From the NCBI GenBank assembly GCA_050950425.1, contig JBMNHO010000002.1, positions 1,360,154 to 1,424,153 on the forward strand: a stretch of 64,000 nucleotides of DNA, in the 5' to 3' direction. Positions 37,515-45,703 of this stretch are shown here, piece by piece. How positions within the stretch are numbered: position 1 is the first letter of the stretch; every line of letters starts with the position of its first letter. The stretch comes from Oscillospiraceae bacterium. GTDB lineage: Bacteria; Bacillota; Clostridia; Oscillospirales; Oscillospiraceae. The notes under the pieces were generated by a model. The model saw nothing but the letters and a program-made list of their open reading frames with translations, made no database searches and was not told where the DNA came from. Both the position numbers and the translations under genes were made by a program.

Positions 37515-39437
37515 ATGTCCCCCGAAAGCGGATGCCGTCGCATCATGGACGCCGCCGATTGCGCCGAGGAGAACCGGTCGCACATGGGCAGGCTCGACAC
37601 CTATCTCAAATATGAAGGCAACGACCCCTCGCCCCCAGACGAGCAGGCCTTTGCTCTGAAGATCACCGAGCTGGCCGTTGTGCCGTCACCGTCGCCCACG
37701 CCCACGCTCCGCACGGCCCCTATGATCGCCGAGGAAGAACATGAATATGCGTTTGAAAAGATTTCCGGCATCAGCGAGGTGAACATCCAGATCAGCGCGC
37801 CCGGAAGCGCGCCCATCACTTGGTCGCTGATGCCGACCGACCAGTACCCGCTCCCGGACGGAGTGACCATCGACCCGGAAACCGGAATCCTGACCATCCC
37901 GAGGTTCATCGCCCAAGGACGCCATTTCTTCACGATCCAGGCCGAAAACGACGTGGGCTCCGACACGCGAGAGTGTGCGCTGGAGGGGAAGACGCTTACG
38001 CCGATGGGTCCCAGTGGGTTGTCCTTCCCATCTAAGGGAGGCGGAGCTGGTGCCCTTGCTTATGCCGAAAACCACGTTTCCAAGCTTGCGTTTGTCTGGC
38101 CGATGGCCATCGATCTGCCCGCCGCGATAGACAGGCGTTCACAGTATGAGTTCTTTTTACAGGAAGACGAACCCGATGTTGACCCATACCTCTTTGAAAC
38201 GACAACGCCGTCCAACGCAGTGACCATTCGGTACGATGACCCGAGGGACGTCTATACCAACGGCCGGTGGACGGTGAACGGAGCGGCCTTTGTCCGCTGG
38301 CAATCCCGCCCCCATGTTTACACCCTTTGGAAGAACAACGTTTATGGGTGGTGGTGGGCAAAAGCCGGCGACATGCTGCTGGATACAAGCCCGCGATGCG
38401 ACAACTATCATTTCAGGGTGCCGAGCGATCTCGAGGCGTTCATCGCACAGCGAATCGAGGCGTATCATAAAAAAGAGATCGATCTTGATTGGATCCCCGG
38501 CGGAGGAGACAACGTAGTCACCATCCCGCCGCGGACGCAGAACGCCACCTATTTGGAATATGGCACACTGCTGAACAAAATCAACGCCCAAAAAGGTGGA
38601 TCGTTCCTGGTGGAGCTGGATCAAACCACCGGCGCGATGATCACGGGCAAGCATTTCGTTGGCCTAATGGGCAATGAGGGCGCGAGCCTATCCTTTGTCC
38701 AGGACGGTGCGGCCATCACCTTCGCCGGAAAAGATATAAGGGCCGCAAAGGAATATGAGTTCTTTGATTTTACTTATTACTCAGGTTCGTTCTATGAATC
38801 CGATATGCTTGCGAGCGTCGGTTCCGACGACAAAAACTTCATTTTTGGCTTCAGGCACCAAGGCGAGTTGCCTGGCAAGGCCGCCTTTGCCATCACCACC
38901 GGCATCACCGAAGGCACGAATGTGAACGTCTACGATTTTGACCTCGAAACGGGTGTATTTACCCTGATCGCGGCGGGCGTGGACGTGGGCAAAGACGGGG
39001 TTTTGACCTATGAGAAGAACACGATGGGCCAATATCTGGTGACGACGAAAACCCTTGAAGGCGCTTCAATGTCGGGTGTCGCCAGCCAGCATGGCTCCGG
39101 AAGTGGGAGTGTCTGGCTGTTCATCGCCGTCGGTTTTGCGGTGCTCCTGTGCGGTGCGGCAATCTGCATCGTTGTGCGCCGCCGGAAGTGGCCGGACTCT
39201 TCCGCAAAAAGTGCCGGCCAACGAACAACTACAGAGAGGATGAACACGAGAAGGATATGGCTGCTGTCTATGGCTCTTGTTATGCTGCTGCTTTGCGCAT
39301 ATGGCGCGCCCGCTGACGACAAGCGGGGCCAGAATGATGGAAGAAATAGAAAACGGGAACGCGCGTATGGCGCGCCCACTGACGACAGGCGGGCGCGCCT
39401 TCGGAAACGGAGGCCGCCCCCGTATCAGTTCCCCTGA
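37515..39437 (+). CDS. large uncharacterised protein with an Ig-like (He_PIG-type) segment and C-terminal TM helix; no signal peptide, start uncertain
   Basis: ITWSLMPTDQYPLPDGVTIDPETGILTIP...FTIQAENDVGS resembles the putative-Ig repeat; TM helix VWLFIAVGFAVLLCGAAICIVV followed by RRRKW; no convincing RBS at 37515. Confidence 0.55.
   Translation: MSPESGCRRIMDAADCAEENRSHMGRLDTYLKYEGNDPSPPDEQAFALKITELAVVPSPSPTPTLRTAPMIAEEEHEYAFEKISGISEVNIQISAPGSAPITWSLMPTDQYPLPDGVTIDPETGILTIPRFIAQGRHFFTIQAENDVGSDTRECALEGKTLTPMGPSGLSFPSKGGGAGALAYAENHVSKLAFVWPMAIDLPAAIDRRSQYEFFLQEDEPDVDPYLFETTTPSNAVTIRYDDPRDVYTNGRWTVNGAAFVRWQSRPHVYTLWKNNVYGWWWAKAGDMLLDTSPRCDNYHFRVPSDLEAFIAQRIEAYHKKEIDLDWIPGGGDNVVTIPPRTQNATYLEYGTLLNKINAQKGGSFLVELDQTTGAMITGKHFVGLMGNEGASLSFVQDGAAITFAGKDIRAAKEYEFFDFTYYSGSFYESDMLASVGSDDKNFIFGFRHQGELPGKAAFAITTGITEGTNVNVYDFDLETGVFTLIAAGVDVGKDGVLTYEKNTMGQYLVTTKTLEGASMSGVASQHGSGSGSVWLFIAVGFAVLLCGAAICIVVRRRKWPDSSAKSAGQRTTTERMNTRRIWLLSMALVMLLLCAYGAPADDKRGQNDGRNRKRERAYGAPTDDRRARLRKRRPPPYQFP
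39295..39394 (+). repeat. two 34-nt direct repeats 66 nt apart, each with an internal GC palindrome
   Basis: gcgcatatggcgcgcccgctgacgacaagcgggg (39295-39328) vs gcgcgtatggcgcgcccactgacgacaggcgggc (39361-39394), 30/34 identical. Confidence 0.6.
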
Positions 39438-39456
39438 AAAACGATTATTTTAGGAT

Positions 39457-39484
39457 CCCACCCGAAAAAGGTGGGGGCTTTTTC
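39457..39484 (+). terminator. possible intrinsic terminator
   Basis: CCCACC/GGTGGG stem, loop CGAAAAA, then GGCTTTTTC. Confidence 0.4.
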
Positions 39485-39577
39485 GTGCAGACTACCCGAT
39501 TGGGTGATTTTTATTACCCCATTTTTGCTATGCTGTTCTTAATGGGCAAAGTTTCGCCGGAAAAGGAGGGTCTTTCT

Positions 39578-40504
39578 ATGCATCACTATTGTTGGCACTG
39601 CGGCGCACAGCTAACACCCGGCAAAATGTTCTGCCGCAGCTGCGGAGCGCGGATACAGGCCGTCGCCCCGCCAAACACAGCCCCGCACAGCGCTCAGCCT
39701 GTCCCGTCCGGAGAGAGGTGGGGAAAGGCTGAACATCTGCAGCAGTTAGGGCTGGCCGCATACCTCAAGGCGGGTGTCGGTGCGGGGCTTGCGTCCTTCA
39801 GGCAGACGCTGAAAAACCCCAAACAGCTCATCCCCATGCTTGCGCTGGGCGCACTCTGGCTCGCGCTCTCCATCCTGCCCGCGCTGGGCATCAACCCCTT
39901 GCCGGTGCAGCTGCTCTCCTTTTTGACGTTTGCGCAGGGCGGCATGTACGGGGGCGTGTTGGGCGCAGTGGGCGGTGTGATGGGCAAGGCGGTGTTCGCC
40001 TACTTCGTAAGCGCCCTGCTGCTGCCGCTTTTTTCGGGCAAAAATCCGTTTCGCGGCATGGGCGGTGGTTTCAAGGCGTTTTTTTCAGGGCTGGCGGCGC
40101 AAAGCGCAAGCGCGGCCGCGTCGCTGCTGATGGGTCTTGGGTTGGCGCTGGTCTTATATAATTTCTTTACCGGCAACGCGGGCCTTGTCAGCAGCATGGC
40201 GGGCGTGTTCGGGTTCATACTGGCGCTCAAGTCGCTTTTGAGCAAAGGCGGGTTTGTTTGGGGGCTGCTGCTCACTGCGGCCAGCAAGTTCACCAAAGGC
40301 AGAACACCATCGCAAGAGGCCGCTAGGCACGCGGTGTCCGGCTACGCGGCAGGAAGCGCCGCAGGCATGGCGCTTTCCGTCTTATCTCGGCCCTATTTTC
40401 CTCTGACAGCGTATCTGCCTTACATGGCGGGCGCGGCCCTCCTCATCGCCGGGCTGAGCCTTGGCATTGCTGCAAAATCAAAAAAGAAGGTGGCGTCGGC
40501 ATGA
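39578..40504 (+). CDS. zinc-ribbon protein fused to a Gly/Ala/Leu-rich polytopic membrane domain
   Basis: N-terminal CWHCG-x10-CRSCG ribbon, then about 6 hydrophobic helices; AAGGAGGG upstream of ATG 39578. Confidence 0.6.
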   Translation: MHHYCWHCGAQLTPGKMFCRSCGARIQAVAPPNTAPHSAQPVPSGERWGKAEHLQQLGLAAYLKAGVGAGLASFRQTLKNPKQLIPMLALGALWLALSILPALGINPLPVQLLSFLTFAQGGMYGGVLGAVGGVMGKAVFAYFVSALLLPLFSGKNPFRGMGGGFKAFFSGLAAQSASAAASLLMGLGLALVLYNFFTGNAGLVSSMAGVFGFILALKSLLSKGGFVWGLLLTAASKFTKGRTPSQEAARHAVSGYAAGSAAGMALSVLSRPYFPLTAYLPYMAGAALLIAGLSLGIAAKSKKKVASA

Positions 40505-42300
40505 AAAAGAAGCTTTTGGCTTTCTTTGCGGTTCTTCTCCTGGTGCTGCCCGTCCTGTCGGTGACGGCGTCGGCCGAGCTGATGGATACGGAGACGGATC
40601 CCGCGCCGGTGGTATCGGGCGGCAGCTTCGAGGCCTCCTCCGGGACAAAGATGGAATTTAACGTTTCGGGCGGGACACTGACCGGAGCCAAATGGACGAC
40701 AAGGCCGCACCATGCGTCTTACAATCTGACCGGAACCTTCAAAGAGGGCGAAACCGTTTCGCTTTCGATTACCGGAACCGAGGCGCCGGGGCTTGCGGAG
40801 TCGACGACCAGCCATTTGGTGTGGAACGGTCTGAGCGGATACATCGACTATTACGCCGATGGCGGCTCAAGGATTGGCGAGACGCAGAGATACCAGTCGG
40901 AGTATGTAAAAAGTTCTCCCCTCTCCCACGCGTTCACAGCAACCATCCCGGCCGGCGCAAAAGAGATGGTTATCCAGGCCAATTTTGTTTGCCGCTGGTC
41001 AGTGGACTATTCCCTGGCGGTCGTGGAAGAATTTGTGGCCGTCAGTCTTAACCTGGAGGTGGAAAGGGAGGAATCCCCCGTGGTTATGCTGCCTGCGGAT
41101 CCGGAGCCTTCTAAAGGCCCCGGGCCGGACCCCTATTTCACACCGGATCAAATAACGCAGTGGGGGGAGGATTGTGACTGCGAAGGCCCCTGGACCCATG
41201 CCGGGCCGCTGGCTACCATCTTCATCGCCATTGTATCGGCGCTGGCCGCCATCTTTGGCGGAGGCATTGGCTCTGTTGCCGCGGCGGCGGGGGAAGCCGC
41301 CGGCGGTATGAGCGGCGGCTGGGATGCGGAATCCCCCCCCGAAAGAGATATGATCATCACCGACCCTGCGACGGGCGCGCAAACGCGTTTTGTACAGGAT
41401 CCGGCGACGGGGGAATGGGTTGACCCCGAAAGGGGAAGCATATTGGACCCGAGCCGGGTGCCGGGGTGGCAGCAGGAGCGCACATCCGAAAGGGAGTGGA
41501 TCGACCGCCAAAACGACTCGCTGCGAACGGGCGATAACGCCCTTGACAGGCATATAGCCGAAGACCGAGAGAGACAGGCCGCGGCTGAAGCGCTGAGTGA
41601 CGAGCTTCTGCGTATCGCCAAGCGGGCGCACGCGCAGCCGGCCAGTGAGCTAAACAACAACATAGCGAAAAATGCCCGCGAATTGGCCCACAAGCTGCTT
41701 TCGGGAAAGGAGCGGGATCTCGTTTCCGCCGACGACATCAACCGTGTAATGAAGGCTTTCTCCGGCTCGGCGACCGGCAGAATCATTGCGCACGGGCAGC
41801 TTCCCAAGGTACCGTCCGACATGTCCTTATACGGAAATGCCTTCTGGAATCAAATCGAGGAAATCTCGCGCAACGAAACGGCGTTCGCGGTGGTTTTTCG
41901 TACCGTGTTCGCCATCCCCACGGGCGGCGGATCCGAGCTCTTTTTTCAAACCCACAAGGGGTATCTGCGAATGCGTGATTACGTGGATGAGGGCGGCGAC
42001 AGCGTGATGGGCGGCGCGCTGACGGCTACGTGGGGAGCGGTAAAAGACTTTGCCGTGAGCAAAGCGTCCGACAAGCTCATGAAAGGCATAACACCGAAGG
42101 TGATGAAAAACAAGCCGATCGGCAAGGTCGACAAGTTTTTAAAAGACAGCTTTAAAGACCCCCGGAAATTGGATGTAGTCCATAAGATCATTTACAATCA
42201 GGTGAAACGTGCGCCAAGAGCAGCGATCAACAAAGGGGACGAATACACGCTCAATGTCGACGGAAATATACGGTCGGCTATCAAACGAATTTTTGATTGA
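40501..42300 (+). CDS. bitopic membrane protein: signal peptide, about 230-aa outer domain, one TM helix, about 330-aa cytoplasmic domain
   Basis: MKKKLLAFFAVLLLVLPVLSVTASA signal peptide; TM helix LATIFIAIVSALAAIFGGGIGSV; ATGA overlap with upstream gene. Confidence 0.65.
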   Translation: MKKKLLAFFAVLLLVLPVLSVTASAELMDTETDPAPVVSGGSFEASSGTKMEFNVSGGTLTGAKWTTRPHHASYNLTGTFKEGETVSLSITGTEAPGLAESTTSHLVWNGLSGYIDYYADGGSRIGETQRYQSEYVKSSPLSHAFTATIPAGAKEMVIQANFVCRWSVDYSLAVVEEFVAVSLNLEVEREESPVVMLPADPEPSKGPGPDPYFTPDQITQWGEDCDCEGPWTHAGPLATIFIAIVSALAAIFGGGIGSVAAAAGEAAGGMSGGWDAESPPERDMIITDPATGAQTRFVQDPATGEWVDPERGSILDPSRVPGWQQERTSEREWIDRQNDSLRTGDNALDRHIAEDRERQAAAEALSDELLRIAKRAHAQPASELNNNIAKNARELAHKLLSGKERDLVSADDINRVMKAFSGSATGRIIAHGQLPKVPSDMSLYGNAFWNQIEEISRNETAFAVVFRTVFAIPTGGGSELFFQTHKGYLRMRDYVDEGGDSVMGGALTATWGAVKDFAVSKASDKLMKGITPKVMKNKPIGKVDKFLKDSFKDPRKLDVVHKIIYNQVKRAPRAAINKGDEYTLNVDGNIRSAIKRIFD

Positions 42301-42317
42301 ATGGGAGGAAGTTGCCG

Positions 42318-43358
42318 ATGAACCCTGAAATCATGCATTTTACGGATGCACAGCTCAAGGCGTTGTCGCTGAAATATAAAATAAGACCCGGTCTGCTCTG
42401 TGCGCTGCCGCCCTTTTGCGCGGTGGAGCCGGCTTTGCCGCCCGTTTTGGACGAAGCACAGGAGGTGGCGCTCAACCTTGCGCTCAGGCCGTTGAACGTC
42501 ACAGACGCGGCCGTACTACTTGCAAACGACGGACTGATGTATATGCGGCTGAGCATGCGCGGCGAGCTCGGTGTATTGACAGGGCGCGAAGACGACGCCA
42601 ACGCGCTGCTGCCTTGTGAAGCGGGCGATTTCGCCACAACGGTGATGGCCCATCTGGCGCGGGGCGGTGAGCCGCTCAAGCGCGCGACGGCGCTTGACAT
42701 ATCGCCCAACGCCTTTTTGCTGCTGCTTGCCGCGGCCGACGCATATAAAATGCAATACCTTGAGGATCTGTTAAGCCATTCCGTGGCGGACGTGAAGCTG
42801 ACAACGGATGCGCTCGAACGCGCTGTGGGGGAGGCCTATGAAAACGCCGATCTCAGGTGGCTTTTGCCCTTCGCGCTGTTTCGGATGGAGCAGATACCCT
42901 GGCTGGACATTCAGTCGGCGCTTGATGAGCTTTCGGAGTTGGGCGTGCTTGAACCTGACAGCCTTACTTTTACGGGAGACGGCGAATTATTTGTGGACGA
43001 TTTGATGTTCCGTTCCGGAGTTGCGGACGTTTCCTCCGTTTATATGCAGGGGGAGGCGCTTGCCCGCTCGCATGTCCTGTTCATCCGCACCCTGAACACG
43101 CTTTGGGGCGTGCGGTTCGGCGACGGCGATGTCTCGATCCTCTCGCTGACCATAGACGAAGCGTGCGAGATGATGGCCGCCATGCTCACGCAGAAGGATG
43201 AACCAGGGGATAGGGAGGAGCCCGCAACGGAAACGGAACGGGAAGCGAAGGCGCAGCAAACAGTCGCGCGGCCAACCTCTAAGTTCTGTCACAACTGCGG
43301 CTCCAAACTCTCCGCCACCGCCGCGTTTTGCGGCAACTGCGGCACGAAATTGGGCTAA
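42318..43358 (+). CDS. soluble uncharacterised protein with C-terminal zinc ribbon
   Basis: C-terminal CHNCG-x10-CGNCG; GGGAGGAAG 7 nt upstream of ATG 42318; abuts stop of upstream gene. Confidence 0.6.
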   Translation: MNPEIMHFTDAQLKALSLKYKIRPGLLCALPPFCAVEPALPPVLDEAQEVALNLALRPLNVTDAAVLLANDGLMYMRLSMRGELGVLTGREDDANALLPCEAGDFATTVMAHLARGGEPLKRATALDISPNAFLLLLAAADAYKMQYLEDLLSHSVADVKLTTDALERAVGEAYENADLRWLLPFALFRMEQIPWLDIQSALDELSELGVLEPDSLTFTGDGELFVDDLMFRSGVADVSSVYMQGEALARSHVLFIRTLNTLWGVRFGDGDVSILSLTIDEACEMMAAMLTQKDEPGDREEPATETEREAKAQQTVARPTSKFCHNCGSKLSATAAFCGNCGTKLG

Positions 43359-43488
43359 TGCCCATATTTTTCAGATGTTGCGGGGCCCGGCCCCCGGCTG
43401 GCTCCGTAATGTTGGGGATGAGCGTCCTGCTGTTTGCGTGGAGTTTCGGCGGCTATTATCAAAGCAGTTGTAGAAAAGAGGGATGACG

Positions 43489-44058
43489 ATGGAAAAGATA
43501 CAGTGGCGGATCAGCGTGCCTATATTCAGAAACACGGTGATTTTGAAGCAGCTTGGGCTTGCCATCGGCATCCCCTTTGGTCTTGTCGCGCTGGTGATCG
43601 GGCTTGCATCGGGCAAGAGCGTCTACACGCTTTATGGGCTAGGGCTTATCGCCGCGCTGCTGCTTTTGTCATGGCTTTTTATCATGGTGATCCATCGGGG
43701 AAAGTATGAAGCCGAATTTCTGCTGGATCAAAAAGGCGTACTCTGCCGCACACAGGAAAAGCAGGCGAAAAAGAACCGAATCGTCAATGGTATGACGGTC
43801 GCATTCGGGGTTTTATCCGGCAAACCTGCCGCCGCGGGCGCGGGGATGCTGGCGCAGTCGCGGCAGGAGGTTTTTCTTCGGTGGGCCCACGTCGCAAAGG
43901 TGAAATACAGGCCGAAAAACCGCACCATCCTTTTACGAGGTGGTTTTTCAGAACAGATTGCGCTGTTCTGCACGGCAGAGAATTATCCGCAGATTGCGCA
44001 TGAAGTCGCGCTCCACACAACGCGCTTCAAAAAGGGGCGCCCAGAATCAGGAAGATGA
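43489..44058 (+). CDS. small membrane protein: two TM helices plus about 110-aa soluble domain (bacterial PH-like topology, inferred)
   Basis: Two hydrophobic helices (LGLAIGIPFGLVALVIGL, LGLIAALLLLSWLFIMVI) followed by a basic soluble domain. Confidence 0.5.
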   Translation: MEKIQWRISVPIFRNTVILKQLGLAIGIPFGLVALVIGLASGKSVYTLYGLGLIAALLLLSWLFIMVIHRGKYEAEFLLDQKGVLCRTQEKQAKKNRIVNGMTVAFGVLSGKPAAAGAGMLAQSRQEVFLRWAHVAKVKYRPKNRTILLRGGFSEQIALFCTAENYPQIAHEVALHTTRFKKGRPESGR

Positions 44059-44201
44059 TACGGTTGATTGCGATCATGTGGTTGACGGCGTTTTTGCTGT
44101 CTACCTGTACGCTGTTTCCGCCGGCGCCCGGCAACAAACAGGATATTGGGGCGATAACGGCGTCCAACAATGCGCAGGAAGAACCACCGGCCCGAATGTA
44201 G
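44055..44201 (+). CDS. 48-aa ORF with lipoprotein-like signal peptide (possibly the stump of a longer gene)
   Basis: MIRLIAIMWLTAFLLSTC...; ATGA overlap with stop of preceding gene; ends just before the scar region. Confidence 0.25.
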   Translation: MIRLIAIMWLTAFLLSTCTLFPPAPGNKQDIGAITASNNAQEEPPARM

Positions 44202-44275
44202 CGATTATCAGCTGCAACGATGGTCTGCACCCAGTTATCTTTAAAGTTGAGGTTGAAAGTTGAGGCGATATCGAT

Positions 44276-44420
44276 ATGAAATCTGTTTTTGACAAGACGG
44301 AGCTTCGCCATTTACAGCTGAAAAACCGCCTTGTCCGCTCCGGAATCTGGGGGGGCACTGGCAAACCTGGACGACAGTCCCACGGCAGAGCAGCTTGCCA
44401 TTTATGAGCAAGTCTCCAGT
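44276..44420 (+). pseudogene. N-terminal fragment of an Old-Yellow-Enzyme-type NADH:flavin oxidoreductase, frameshifted
   Basis: MKSVFDKTELRHLQLKNRLVRSGIW then, after a G7 run (44349-44355), continues in another frame as LANLDDSPTAEQLAIYEQV; only about 50 codons present. Confidence 0.5.
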
Positions 44421-44688
44421 TCCATTGGCGCAGGACACCACAAAAACCAAGTCGAGTATGAGGACACTTCCGCTTGTGGCTGTATTCAAAGAAAAGCTGC
44501 CGACCTTAAAGGAACAGCAGACGGAGTATAAACGGCTTTGCGGCAAGTGCTATGACAAACAGTATCTGGACTACATTTGTGTAGATGAAATGGGAACGCT
44601 TGTATCTCCGCATTATGTGATATCGGCATTTCCAAAGCTGCTTGACAAGCACAGTTTGCGGAAGATACGCTTTCACGACCTCAGACAC
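44420..44688 (+). pseudogene. internal fragment of a Tn916-type tyrosine recombinase (integrase), lacking both ends
   Basis: TKTKSSMRTLPL...VDEMGTLVSP...FPKLLDKHSLRKIRFHDLRH (box I/II region); similarity stops right after HDLRH, and the catalytic Tyr region is absent. Confidence 0.6.
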
Positions 44689-44705
44689 CCGTATGTCAAG
44701 CCCAG

Positions 44706-44748
44706 ACTAAAAAAGCTAATGGATAATTCCTTAAAATCCATTAGCTTT
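44706..44748 (-). terminator. intrinsic terminator closing the 5-gene cassette
   Basis: 13-bp perfect stem AAAGCTAATGGAT/ATCCATTAGCTTT, 11-nt loop, T6 on the - strand; 13 nt past stop codon 44762-44764. Confidence 0.7.
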
Positions 44749-44761
44749 ATCTTTGATTATA

Positions 44762-45703
44762 TTAGAGGTCACCCTGTATTGAAAAGCCATCTATGATACC
44801 TGTAGGAGTAACGTCTACAGCTTCGAAATGATTGCTATTTCTTGCAACATGCAAACATGTAACTCCATTTTTGTTTAACAGGTCAGGAACAAGAGATATT
44901 GCGAAAATCAATGGCTTCGGGCCATCCGGTACTAAAATAACATCTCCAGTTGACAGCAGTTCATGAGACAAATCACAAAGCTTTGATACCATAAATGAAA
45001 AATCGTCCAGCTGCAATGCTACCGACATTGCTGCCTTAGAGAGGAAGCTCGCATTCACTTGCTTGATATTTTCTGCAAAGAATTCGCGTTTTGGATTGTA
45101 TGCATAGCATGCGACAAGGTAATCAGGATCTGTTATTGATATAATTGCCTGAGTTCTTATTGTGTCATACCCAAGAGCTAAGATGTGCACTCTGTTCTTT
45201 TCGATTTCCAAAGAGGGTCTCCCTGAGTAGAACGAAAATGCGTCTATGCCTGCACTGGGGTATTCTTCGTATGAATTTGGGTATTCTCCTTCAGAGTACC
45301 AGAAATAAACGATGTCGGTTTCTCTGAGCACACTTTGCAATAGCATTGGAAGTTTGCAGTACCATCCTCTCGGCATAGATGAATAGTCGATATGGACAGT
45401 CAACCTATCGCTACTAGTAGTCATTTTTTTTACTGTTTCAAGAATCTTTTTATGCACGGCTCGGCTGTCTGAATACTTTTGAATAATTATTTGCTGGTGA
45501 GATTCAATGGATTTTATTTTATCTTTTGAATGAGGATGGTTTTCATAGTCATCAAATGCAAATAGCATCATATTCGGCAAATGTTCAAACTCGGATACCT
45601 TATCCAGCAAATGAGAAGAACGCTGCTCATAGCCAATTGAAAAAACACAAAGACAGTTTCCTTGGAATAGTTCCTTATCAAATTCCGCATTCTTAATGAT
45701 CAT
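44762..45703 (-). CDS. uncharacterised 313-aa protein, last gene of cassette
   Basis: AAGGAGG 7 nt upstream; start overlaps ATPase stop (TAATG); AT-rich codon usage matches neighbours; no motif recognised. Confidence 0.7.
   Translation of the reverse strand: MIIKNAEFDKELFQGNCLCVFSIGYEQRSSHLLDKVSEFEHLPNMMLFAFDDYENHPHSKDKIKSIESHQQIIIQKYSDSRAVHKKILETVKKMTTSSDRLTVHIDYSSMPRGWYCKLPMLLQSVLRETDIVYFWYSEGEYPNSYEEYPSAGIDAFSFYSGRPSLEIEKNRVHILALGYDTIRTQAIISITDPDYLVACYAYNPKREFFAENIKQVNASFLSKAAMSVALQLDDFSFMVSKLCDLSHELLSTGDVILVPDGPKPLIFAISLVPDLLNKNGVTCLHVARNSNHFEAVDVTPTGIIDGFSIQGDL

Noticed and set aside
39295-39394. Possible CRISPR-like or REP repeat array
   Set aside because: Only two copies are present, and they lie in frame within an ORF. 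There is no spacer-repeat periodicity beyond one unit and no cas genes in the window.
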